64,000 nucleotides of DNA, from contig OZ223209.1 of NCBI GenBank assembly GCA_965140415.1, positions 160,001 to 224,000 of the forward strand. The letters are read 5' to 3'. This document shows positions 28,428-37,243 of this stretch, piece by piece. The stretch comes from Myxococcota bacterium (GTDB taxonomy: Bacteria; Myxococcota_A; SURF-8). The notes under the pieces are model-generated. The model saw only the letters and a program-made list of their open reading frames with translations, was not told where the DNA came from and did not search any database. The position numbers and the translations under genes are program-made. How positions within the stretch are numbered: position 1 is the stretch's first letter; every line of letters starts with the position of its first letter.

Positions 28428-31400
28428 CTACTCCTGCTCGACATCTCCATCAACAACATCCACATCACCATCTATTGGAACTTCGTTGTCGCCGTCAGCA
28501 GTGTCCACGTCCCCATCGACCGGAGCTTCCTCATCGCCATCGACAGTCGGGCAGGTTGAAAATTCGAGCGAAAATGCCTGCAAGCTTGCCGGGGAAATTG
28601 AAGAATCGACCTGCAATTGCAACAGCCACGTACCGACGCGGGATTCGCCATCGAAGGCCATGGTTTCGGTGCTAATTTGCAATGGATTGGCAGCGGCCTC
28701 GTGATCGAACAGCGCCGGGCTCAGCATCGTACCAGCCGGGCTGCTTAGGTTCACCAGCAGTTCTTGCGGATCGGCGGCGTCGATGGTTGCCTGGATGCAC
28801 AATGGTGCGGCGTTGCCTTCTTCCGTAAAGGTTACGGCAACCAATAAGGAGCCACTGCTTGGGTCCGTTGCCAGCGGAAGCGTTGATCCGGCGCAGGAAG
28901 CGAATTCGTCGCACACATCGTTTACGGTGCCGGCGTTGGTGTCATCGCAATACGTTCCCTGTTCGGCATTGGCGTTGCGGCAATCCGGTGCGCCCGAGTT
29001 GTCGTAACATTCGCCGACGGTGCAGCCTTCGTCCAGGCCGGAGCAGTCGTAGGCATCGCCTACACAATTACCCGAACTGCATAGAGCATCCAACACGCAC
29101 ACGTCATTCGGGTCGCAACTCTGACCTTCTTTGGCGTACAGATCCCAGGTACAGTTTCCGGTATTGGGATTGCAGACCCCGGCCCAGCAGGGTTGTGGTG
29201 GATTGCAGACTTTGTCGTCGTGAACGCAGACACCGCTTTCGCAATGATCGTTTAGCCAGCAGAGATTGGAGGAGCAGTCTTCTCCTTCATTGACCGCCGT
29301 CCAGTCGTCGGTAGCCAATCCCGGGTTACAAATCGCGCAGGCCGGAGCCTCGGGGTTGCCCTGGCTGGTCGAATAGCAGACGCCGTCGATCAGGCAGCGA
29401 TTGGCGAGCAGGGTGTTGCTGCATTCGCCGGTAAGTTCATCGCATTCATCTTCCGTGCATAACAGATCGTCGTCGCAGTCGTTCACTTCACCAACGCAAT
29501 TGGCGTTATCGCACACATCGTTGACGGTGCAGGGGTCGTTATCGGAGCACTCCGTTCCATCTTCGAAAGTATCCGCGTAACAGTTGCCGCCCTGGCAAAC
29601 GCCCTGCTGGCAGGGGCCGTCCAGTTCGCTGCAATCCATCGGACCGTCCGGTTCACAGAAACCATCGACACATACATCGCCCATCGTACAGGGGTCATCG
29701 TCATCGCAGTCCAGCCCGTTCAACTGAATCAGGTTGACTTTGCACTCGCCATCTTCCGGGTCGCAGTAATCGTAGGTACAGAAAACATCGTCATCGCATA
29801 CCACGTCGTCGCCGACGCAATCTCCCTGGTCGCAATGGTCGTTTTCGGTGCACAGGTTTCCGTCGCTGCATTCGCTGTTATCCGCTACGGGAATGGGGAA
29901 GCAAGTTCCGTTCATGCAACCCGAACCGTTGCAGTCGTCTTCGACTTCGGAACAGTCCTTATCTTCTCCCGGCAGGCATTCTCCCAGCTGGCAGGTGTCG
30001 TTTACGGTGCAGTCATCCAGGTCGTCACAGGGTTCGCCGTTCAAAGCCGTATTGTCGAAAATGCATTCTCCGTTTGCCGGATTGCAACTGTCGTCGGTGC
30101 AGAAAATATCATCGTCGCACACCACGTCATCGGCGACGCACAAGCCGCTTTCGCAGTGGTCGTTTTCCGTGCAGAGATCGTTGTCGTTGCATTCTGTATT
30201 GTCCTGCTTGGGCTGGGCATAGCAGTCACCCTGCTCACAGGCGCCATCGTTGCATTCATCATCGAACAGGTCGCAGTTTTTCGGTCCCAGCGGGGTACAG
30301 TTGCCGGAAACGCAGCGGTCACCCACGGTACAGGCGTCGTTATCCGAGCATTCTTCGTTTTCCATGGGGACGGAATCATGCTCGCAAATTCCGGTTTCTT
30401 CCGCGCAGCTATCGACGGTACAGTCGTTGTTGTCCGAGCAGTCTTTGTCTTCGCCTTCGCAGATCCCGCTCAAACAGGCGTCGTTTTCCGTGCAGGGATT
30501 ATCATCGTCACATTCCACGCCGTCGGTGTCGCTGCTGTCGTGGTCGCAGCTTCCATCTTCCGGATCGCAGCTATCGGTGGTGCAGGGATCGTCATCGTCG
30601 CAAGTCACGTCCTCGCCTTCGCAGATCCCGCTCAGGCAGACATCGTTTTCCGTGCAGAGATTGTCATCGTCGCAGCCGGTCAGATCGGGAACGACGCTTT
30701 CCTGGCAGGTTCCCTGCCAGCAGGTAAAGACCCGACAAACCGCCTGTTGCAGACCGCAGGGCAGCCCGTCATCGACCGCTACCTGCTTGCATTGCCCGTT
30801 TTCACAGATCGCGCTGTTGCAGTCGTCCTCCAGCTCGGTGCAATCCTTTTCCTCGCCCACGCAAACGCCGTTCTGGCATATTCCGTTGACCATGCAGGGG
30901 TCGCTGGGCGTACAGGCCTGATCCTCGATACAGGGTTGGACGCTGTCCGGTTCCACGTCGTTGTCGATGTCACCATCGATCACGGTGTCGATATCCCCAT
31001 CGGTATCGCCATCCGTTTCTGTCGAATCTCCCTCTTGTTCGGTGGTATCCATATCGCCGTCGGCTTGCCACAAGGGGCCAAGAGCTTCCAGCCGGTCCAA
31101 CAACTCCGCACAAGTCAGATTCAAGGCGGCATCGGCAGCCAGCGGTTCTCCCTGCAAGCCTGAGAAAGTCGCCTCGTTGGACTGGCATTGCTCTACCAGA
31201 CCGACCAGCACCACTTCATTGGCATAGGCCAGCTCGAAATTGCGGCAGGCATACTCGTAGTCTTTGGACAACTGCCCGTCCGTGCAACAGGCCGCTACGC
31301 TGCTGACAGCGCGCTCGCAGTTGACTCCACCGTTGGCGGAGGAACCCAGCACGCTGTAGGGATCGCAACCCACCGACATCAGTAGAACCAGCAGGGTCAG

Positions 31401-31457
31401 CAGAACGATCTTCAATTTGCCAGGCAAACAGGATTTCATTTTCATCGGGATATGCAT
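28428..31457 (-). CDS. large Cys/Asp-rich repeat lipoprotein with a C-terminal P-domain-like module
   Basis: Lipobox LMSVGC, many CxDxxxCTxxDxC repeats (Dictyostelium CTDC-like), then VNLSSPAGT...FDGESRVGTWLLQL resembling a proprotein-convertase P domain; DGD-rich stretches; start 31457 behind AAGGAGG. Confidence 0.8.
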   Translation of the reverse strand: MHIPMKMKSCLPGKLKIVLLTLLVLLMSVGCDPYSVLGSSANGGVNCERAVSSVAACCTDGQLSKDYEYACRNFELAYANEVVLVGLVEQCQSNEATFSGLQGEPLAADAALNLTCAELLDRLEALGPLWQADGDMDTTEQEGDSTETDGDTDGDIDTVIDGDIDNDVEPDSVQPCIEDQACTPSDPCMVNGICQNGVCVGEEKDCTELEDDCNSAICENGQCKQVAVDDGLPCGLQQAVCRVFTCWQGTCQESVVPDLTGCDDDNLCTENDVCLSGICEGEDVTCDDDDPCTTDSCDPEDGSCDHDSSDTDGVECDDDNPCTENDACLSGICEGEDKDCSDNNDCTVDSCAEETGICEHDSVPMENEECSDNDACTVGDRCVSGNCTPLGPKNCDLFDDECNDGACEQGDCYAQPKQDNTECNDNDLCTENDHCESGLCVADDVVCDDDIFCTDDSCNPANGECIFDNTALNGEPCDDLDDCTVNDTCQLGECLPGEDKDCSEVEDDCNGSGCMNGTCFPIPVADNSECSDGNLCTENDHCDQGDCVGDDVVCDDDVFCTYDYCDPEDGECKVNLIQLNGLDCDDDDPCTMGDVCVDGFCEPDGPMDCSELDGPCQQGVCQGGNCYADTFEDGTECSDNDPCTVNDVCDNANCVGEVNDCDDDLLCTEDECDELTGECSNTLLANRCLIDGVCYSTSQGNPEAPACAICNPGLATDDWTAVNEGEDCSSNLCWLNDHCESGVCVHDDKVCNPPQPCWAGVCNPNTGNCTWDLYAKEGQSCDPNDVCVLDALCSSGNCVGDAYDCSGLDEGCTVGECYDNSGAPDCRNANAEQGTYCDDTNAGTVNDVCDEFASCAGSTLPLATDPSSGSLLVAVTFTEEGNAAPLCIQATIDAADPQELLVNLSSPAGTMLSPALFDHEAAANPLQISTETMAFDGESRVGTWLLQLQVDSSISPASLQAFSLEFSTCPTVDGDEEAPVDGDVDTADGDNEVPIDGDVDVVDGDVEQE

Positions 31458-31470
31458 TGGCTCTCCCTCC

Positions 31471-33030
31471 TTAATACCGAATCGTGGCACAAACGCCCGC
31501 GCCATCCGGCAGCAGGGCGGGTGCGGCGGAAACTGTCGGCTCCCCGGTTTCCTTTTCGGTAAAGAAAAGGATCAAGGATGTCGTAACAGCGGCTCCGGCA
31601 AGGCCGTACAGGGCGTAACTGGCGATCCAGTAGTTGTCGCGGCGGTCGGCGTAGTCTTTTCGTGTAGAAGGCAACAGTTGCGTATCTCCGGCGCGATCGT
31701 CGGAGTGCAACGCGCCAAGCGTCAACCCCAAACCGCCGATGGCGGAGGCGACGCCGATGCCGACCGTGCGCCAGGCCCACTTGCGTTGCAGGCTCATGCT
31801 GTCTGGAGCTTTTGCCGTAGTTTGCAGAGGAGCTGTTTCTTCTAGTACCGGTTCCTCAGCAAGGGGAAGCTCGGCAACCGGCGCCGGTTCCTCTTCCTTT
31901 TGGACGATTGGAGCCGGTGGCGTTTCGTCGTCGGAGCTTTGTTGGGTCGGAGGTTCCTCGTCATCCGAAACCGTTGCCGCTCGTGGAGGCGCGCCGCTTT
32001 GCATCGGCGGCAGCACATCCGCCGCGACGGGCGGTAGATCGTCGGAGACGGGAGCAGGCGCTTCGGCTACCGGCGCAGGCGTTGGTTCGACTTCTTCTCC
32101 AGCCGGTTTTGCTGTTGCACGTTGTGTGGGAGTCGCTTGCGGTGCACCGATAGGTGGCAGCACATCCGCCTGTACCGGGGGCAAGTCATCCGATGGTGCT
32201 GCCGTGGCTGGCGCTGCGGCAGCCGGTGCGGCTGTTGCGGCTGGCGCACTTGCCGGGGCGGGAGTCGCCGCCGGTTGTGCCTGCGGTGCGCCGATGGGCG
32301 GCAGTATGCCACCTGCAACCGGCGGAATATAGTCCGGATCTTCCTGCATCGGAAGGGTGGCGTAGATCGGACGATCGGAGGGCATGGGGAATTCCACTTC
32401 CATGCGTTTGTAGCCGGGTTTCTCGATCAGAACCTTGTAGTTGCCCTCCTTCAGCATTTTCCGCAGTGGAGTGATTCCCCACTTTTCTCCCTGATAGGTC
32501 ACACTCGCGCCGCTCGGATCGGTATCCAGTCCCAGCGGATAGGGGCTGGCAAACAACCGGTCGGTTTCGTGCGCGATCATGTTACCCAGTTGTTTGCCGG
32601 TGCAGTTTTTGCAACTTTCAGAGATCGTGCGCAGGATTTCGTTACCGGTGACGTCGAAGAACGACAGGCGGAAATCGTAATTGCGCCGTTCGCGCCGTTT
32701 GGTGCGGGTCGAAATCAAGCGGCAGGATACCACCAGATCGGCTTCCAGCTTTTTACCGGCCAGATACAAGGTTTCCTTTTGCGTAACATCCTGACGACCG
32801 ATCTTGAACTTGCGCGCAGCGTTGGCGGCGGTGATTACGGTGTAGTCTTCCCGCTGCTGCAAGGGACGTTCCAGGGATTTGTGAATGGTCTGCTTCAGGG
32901 ATGAAGATAGTGCGCTTTCCGACTGTAGCGGCAGCACGGCGGCGGTGATTTCCATTTGTGCGGCAGCCGGAGCGCTCCACAACAACAAGCAGAACAAGCA
33001 AAGCGATAAGTTGCGAAGTATGGTTTTCAT
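31471..33030 (-). CDS. secreted PEGA-domain protein with Pro/Ala-rich linker and hydrophobic C-terminal anchor
   Basis: Signal peptide, alpha/beta N-terminal domain, PEGA signature TDPSGASV...WGITPL...GNYKVLIEKPGY, two hydrophobic helices and a terminal beta-hairpin ending in Tyr. Confidence 0.8.
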   Translation of the reverse strand: MKTILRNLSLCLFCLLLWSAPAAAQMEITAAVLPLQSESALSSSLKQTIHKSLERPLQQREDYTVITAANAARKFKIGRQDVTQKETLYLAGKKLEADLVVSCRLISTRTKRRERRNYDFRLSFFDVTGNEILRTISESCKNCTGKQLGNMIAHETDRLFASPYPLGLDTDPSGASVTYQGEKWGITPLRKMLKEGNYKVLIEKPGYKRMEVEFPMPSDRPIYATLPMQEDPDYIPPVAGGILPPIGAPQAQPAATPAPASAPAATAAPAAAAPATAAPSDDLPPVQADVLPPIGAPQATPTQRATAKPAGEEVEPTPAPVAEAPAPVSDDLPPVAADVLPPMQSGAPPRAATVSDDEEPPTQQSSDDETPPAPIVQKEEEPAPVAELPLAEEPVLEETAPLQTTAKAPDSMSLQRKWAWRTVGIGVASAIGGLGLTLGALHSDDRAGDTQLLPSTRKDYADRRDNYWIASYALYGLAGAAVTTSLILFFTEKETGEPTVSAAPALLPDGAGVCATIRY

Positions 33031-33039
33031 GGCGACCTC

Positions 33040-33585
33040 CTACACGTTTCCGCGCAGGCCAACGAACACCAGGATCGGCATCATGTAGCCGCCGCCCAGT
33101 CCGTCACCAGCGAAAAAGGTTTCGATGTTCACTTCGGTCACCAGCCCGAGATGTTCCAGAAAATGCCAGATGAAGCCGCCGCCGATATCGATGCCATAGT
33201 AGTTGGGTTCGATGCGGATGGCCACGCCGATGCGACCGAAGCCGGTAATGACATCGCCGTCGCTGTCGAAAACGATACCCGGTACCAGCGTCAAGGCTTC
33301 GCCGCCTTCCACCGTGATCTCGGTGCGCAGCGAAGGCGCCAGCCAGCTGAGCGCTTCGTATTGAAAATCCAGATCCAACAAGGTTGGATTGCGGCGCGAG
33401 ATGCTGCTTGAAGAAGCGGTGGAGCTGGTCGTATGTCCAACCAGATAGCCGGTGCCCGCACTTAGCGAAAGCGCGAATTCGCCCTGCTTGGCCTGTGCGG
33501 CCTGAGAGACCAATAGCACCGCCATAAGCAAACCCAGCAAAACGCCGTGTTTCAGCCATCGGTGTAAAGTAGCCGTCGTTTTCAT
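33040..33585 (-). CDS. putative small outer-membrane beta-barrel protein
   Basis: Signal peptide (AAQA) followed by amphipathic beta-strand patterns (FALSLSAGTGY, ITGFGRIGVAI, YYGIDIGGGFIWH, ILVFVGLRGNV). Confidence 0.6.
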   Translation of the reverse strand: MKTTATLHRWLKHGVLLGLLMAVLLVSQAAQAKQGEFALSLSAGTGYLVGHTTSSTASSSSISRRNPTLLDLDFQYEALSWLAPSLRTEITVEGGEALTLVPGIVFDSDGDVITGFGRIGVAIRIEPNYYGIDIGGGFIWHFLEHLGLVTEVNIETFFAGDGLGGGYMMPILVFVGLRGNV

Positions 33586-33650
33586 CCGTCCTCCCATCCG
33601 GGATCGTTACCGGAAGCGGCGCGATGTGGTGCCGCGTAATCGTCTTAGCT

Positions 33651-34685
33651 TCAATTCGATGTCGCCATGCGTGCGCAGCGAAACCCGATCCAGGGATACG
33701 GGCCATCGGAGGGCATGGGCGTATCCCAGGCGGTTATCGGCGTTCGATCTCCATTACGCAGTTCTGCGGCTCTGGAGATATAACTACCCCCATGTACGAT
33801 GCGCTGGGTTTGATCCGAGGCCGGATCGCCCAGCGGGTCTGCGCAATCCACGCACCAATCGTAATTTTGGGAATACCAGTCGAACACCCATTCCGCCACG
33901 TTACCTGCCATGGCGTAAACCGGCGGTTCCGGTGTGGCGCCTAAAGCATAGGTTTCCGGTGGCACCGTGCGTTCGCTGCCGCAACCGGCAATACTTTCAT
34001 CGTCCTGCATCTGTACCCGCGAGCAGTCCGGCGCGGGCTCATCACCCCAGGGATATTTTCTGCGCTCCGTACCACGTGCGACCGCTTCCCACTGCGCTTC
34101 CAGAGGCAGATCCGCACCGATAAACAGGCAATATTCCCGCGCACCGAGAAAATCCACGCAGTTCATCGGCATCGAGGTCCGCGAGGCGTCGCCGTAGTTG
34201 CAGGCGTCGTTGAGGTTTCGGGTGACGTAATGACCCGCCGTGCAGGCTCCTGCTTGGATGCAGTGGGTAAATTCCTCGACGGTGACTTCGAATTTGTGCA
34301 GCTCGAAGGCACTTAAAATAACCGTGTGCTCCGGCATTTCATCCGCCTCGCCCGAACCGCCTCCCAGCACGTAGCTTTGGGTTTGAAATGCCACGAAGGG
34401 ATTGTAGGTTTCGTGGTCGTAACCGCTGTCCATTTCCTGTTCCGCATCACCATCCGAAGTATTCATATCTCCATCGACGGGCACTTCGGAGCTTTCGAAA
34501 TCGCCATCTTGTGACAGGCAGATGTCGCCGACGAGAACGGTCCCTGCCGGGCAGACGTCTTGTACGCACACGCCGTTTTCTTCGTGCTCGCCATCCGGGC
34601 AGGTCAAGGGGTCGTCCCCACCGCAGGCCATCAGCAAGCCGATTACCAGAAAAGACAATAAATTACACCCGTTTCCGATCCTCAA
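33651..34685 (-). CDS. FGE-sulfatase (SUMF1/EgtB/PvdO, C-type-lectin fold) domain lipoprotein
   Basis: Lipobox LLMAC, DEMPEH, FEVT, PMNCVD, LPLEAQWE..ARG, YPWGD, MAGNVAEW, HGGSY, GFRCAR. Start moved to TTG 34685 (GGAG RBS) because a promoter overlaps the track's ATG 34727. Confidence 0.88.
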   Translation of the reverse strand: MRIGNGCNLLSFLVIGLLMACGGDDPLTCPDGEHEENGVCVQDVCPAGTVLVGDICLSQDGDFESSEVPVDGDMNTSDGDAEQEMDSGYDHETYNPFVAFQTQSYVLGGGSGEADEMPEHTVILSAFELHKFEVTVEEFTHCIQAGACTAGHYVTRNLNDACNYGDASRTSMPMNCVDFLGAREYCLFIGADLPLEAQWEAVARGTERRKYPWGDEPAPDCSRVQMQDDESIAGCGSERTVPPETYALGATPEPPVYAMAGNVAEWVFDWYSQNYDWCVDCADPLGDPASDQTQRIVHGGSYISRAAELRNGDRTPITAWDTPMPSDGPYPWIGFRCARMATSN

Positions 34686-34717
34686 CGCAGACTCCGTCCT
34701 AAGATGATTGACAGTGC

Positions 34718-34747
34718 ATTCTAGCATGTCCGCCCCGCCTACGTCAA
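34718..34747 (-). promoter_or_regulatory. sigma70 promoter candidate for the FGE/OMP/PEGA/Cys operon
   Basis: Minus strand TTGACG-18 nt-TAGAAT with TG extension. Confidence 0.55.
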
Positions 34748-34855
34748 AATATTGAATGGAAGAGAATCAACGTAAAAACCTCGCAGGTGAATGCTAAAAA
34801 GCCATCGATTGCGAATCTCCCTAAGCCCTGCATGAAAAGAACATCAATATAGCGC

Positions 34856-34884
34856 TTGACGGGTATTCATGAGCCAGCTATGAT
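34856..34884 (+). promoter_or_regulatory. sigma70 promoter candidate for the divergent lipoprotein gene
   Basis: TTGACG-17 nt-TATGAT. Confidence 0.6.
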
Positions 34885-34951
34885 CTACATGTTCGCTGGG
34901 AAATCGCCACTTCCAATACCATTCCATATTCACGAAAAGATGGAGAGCGTG

Positions 34952-37141
34952 ATGCGTCATGCCTGCACGGCCTTTTTTTGTTTGGCTCTTCTATTGTGGC
35001 TGTTCGGTTGTGCCGAAACGGAGAATCCCGCGAACTCCGGCGACTTGGATACGTTGGATACTGCGGAAACGTTGGAGCAGGACTCTCGAATTGAAGACGG
35101 CGACAATGATTTAGACGATAGCGAGGGAAATCCTACTGATGGCGATGGCGAATTAGAAGAAGAGGGATACCCCTTTTATCATGATCTCCCATCTGCCATG
35201 CAAATCGAATCCAAGACCTTGAGTGTACCTCCCATGAATTTATATCATGAATGCACGGGAACGATCTCGGGTCAGTTGTTGGTGGTCGAAGACGGTGCGT
35301 ATTCCGTAATATATAACACGGAAACGATGATCCCATATTCGGCTGTCAGAAGTTCGGGGACTTCTCTATTAAGTGGAACATCTCTTTTTCAGATTAAATA
35401 TACAGAGCTTAAGCGTTGGGATCTGCAACAACCCACAAACCCGATTTTACAATATCGCTCCCCAAATAACAGTAGAATCATTTCTACAACAAGCATAAAC
35501 AACACATTATTTTATTGCAATAAGCAAGGCGTAAATCGCTGGAGCGGAGAAGACAATCCGCAGCTCATTGTCCCAACAGATAGCTGTAGTCAGTTGTTTG
35601 GCATCGGAGAGGATATCCTCCTAGTAGTAAATGACGAAAGCGACAACGAAAATGAAACCTCAATAGAAACAGCAGTGGAAACCCGCATCGATGCCTATCG
35701 GCTCGGGGGGATCTCGCTATATACCCCGATGTGGTCTTTTTCTTTTTCTCATAAAAGATCAATCAAAGCTTATGCATCCGATACGCGGCTGGTATTCAGT
35801 TCATCCTACTTCGCTGGAACTCCGCTTCTATATCTGATCGATCTGAGCCAACCGGACCAGGCCCCTGAATCGGTTCAAACGATCATGCCCGAAACATTTA
35901 GTACGTGGTCTTGCGAGATTCAATCTTTGTTGGTACGTGGCAATTACGTTTTAGCGCATGTCGTAGTGAATGATAACGATAGTTACCTGTACAAAATCGA
36001 TGTGACATCGACTTCGGCTCCAAGCATTGAATTGGCGGAATGCTATGAAGATTCATCCAATGATGGAAATGATGGTATCGGACACAATGGAAACGGTTGT
36101 TGGCAAGCCAATGCAGACAGTGGAGTCGTCAATCCTCACGGCCTATTTGTACATATGTGGAGTTGCAGTGGCGAAGGCGGCTGTCTGAGCGAATTAGATT
36201 TCTTAACTTTAGAGGAAAACGGGGAGATAAATCCAAATTATATCTTAGGCCACGATACAAAAATCGCCCCCGACGACATCGCCGTAGCTCAGGATCGTTA
36301 CTATTATCATTTCAGATTTTCAAACGATAAGCTGTTTGCTTATAACTCAGATACAGAGGTCTTCTCCGCATTGGATTTGGAAGAATCTGCTAAAAACATT
36401 GTGGGTCTTGGCGAACGGTTGTACATCCTTACCGACACCGGATTATATTCCCGTGCCGTTTTACCGGATGGCTCCTTGCAACCTCGTGAGACAATCTTTC
36501 AACCCGAGAATGTCGCTATTCAAAGATTGATCGTTTCGGATCGATACCTTGCCGTAGTTTGGGATACGGCAAGCGATCAAAGATTCAAATTTTTTGACAT
36601 CCACTCCGACGGAAGTTTATCGGAACTACCCGACATCTTGAAGCTTAATAAAAATGAGTATATTTTCATCCAGGGTTGTACAGCGGTAATTAAACATTTC
36701 AACAAACAGATTTCCATCAAACCACTGGTAGAAGGTTGTCATCCGACCGTCGATCACCTCTCACTGGAAGATATAGAAGAATTCAATAATCTAACAATTA
36801 GGCCTTGCTATGGATTGATTGTGACGAATTATGAATCGGTTTGTGATTCGTCTTATTCTTACACGACCAACATCCTCCGGATATTCGACTGGCAAGGTAA
36901 GTTCTTGCGTGAAATTCCTGCCAGCTATTGCGACACGGAGTATGAAGCCGTGATACGGCGCGGCAGCATAATATGTGCTGGAGGGTGGCTATTCGACACC
37001 ATATCAAAACGAGCGACAACCATAAGAGAATTACCGAACGGGCAACCGAGCTGGAAGTCGGGTTACAATATTAAAATCGTTGACGGCAACAACCTGTTTC
37101 AACTCGATCCGACCCCGACACATTACATACTTTCGGAATGA
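34952..37141 (+). CDS. hypothetical lipoprotein, probable beta-propeller body
   Basis: Lipobox LWLFGC, acidic DGD linker, beta-rich repeats (LYLIDLSQP, LYKIDVTS, LYILTDTGLY); GGAG RBS before ATG 34952. Confidence 0.65.
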   Translation: MRHACTAFFCLALLLWLFGCAETENPANSGDLDTLDTAETLEQDSRIEDGDNDLDDSEGNPTDGDGELEEEGYPFYHDLPSAMQIESKTLSVPPMNLYHECTGTISGQLLVVEDGAYSVIYNTETMIPYSAVRSSGTSLLSGTSLFQIKYTELKRWDLQQPTNPILQYRSPNNSRIISTTSINNTLFYCNKQGVNRWSGEDNPQLIVPTDSCSQLFGIGEDILLVVNDESDNENETSIETAVETRIDAYRLGGISLYTPMWSFSFSHKRSIKAYASDTRLVFSSSYFAGTPLLYLIDLSQPDQAPESVQTIMPETFSTWSCEIQSLLVRGNYVLAHVVVNDNDSYLYKIDVTSTSAPSIELAECYEDSSNDGNDGIGHNGNGCWQANADSGVVNPHGLFVHMWSCSGEGGCLSELDFLTLEENGEINPNYILGHDTKIAPDDIAVAQDRYYYHFRFSNDKLFAYNSDTEVFSALDLEESAKNIVGLGERLYILTDTGLYSRAVLPDGSLQPRETIFQPENVAIQRLIVSDRYLAVVWDTASDQRFKFFDIHSDGSLSELPDILKLNKNEYIFIQGCTAVIKHFNKQISIKPLVEGCHPTVDHLSLEDIEEFNNLTIRPCYGLIVTNYESVCDSSYSYTTNILRIFDWQGKFLREIPASYCDTEYEAVIRRGSIICAGGWLFDTISKRATTIRELPNGQPSWKSGYNIKIVDGNNLFQLDPTPTHYILSE

Positions 37142-37184
37142 TGGCTTCCATAACCACCGCTTTCAGTCCGATCCTTGCCAAACG

Positions 37185-37216
37185 AAAAACGGGGAACGAC
37201 GTAAAGCCGTTCCCCG
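37185..37216 (-). terminator. intrinsic terminator of the efflux operon
   Basis: CGGGGAACG...CGTTCCCCG stem with a T run on the minus strand. Confidence 0.7.
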
Positions 37217-37243
37217 AAAATGAGTTTAACCGACAAAGGCTGG

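Noticed and set aside
30160-30657. Recurring 15-22-nt repeats resembling a CRISPR array
   Set aside because: Spacing is 162 or 321 nt and in frame within a protein repeat; there are no cas genes.
33651-33830. FGE-sulfatase C-terminus as a diversity-generating retroelement target
   Set aside because: The fold is a known DGR target, but no reverse transcriptase and no template-repeat copy were seen in the window; a remote TR cannot be excluded.
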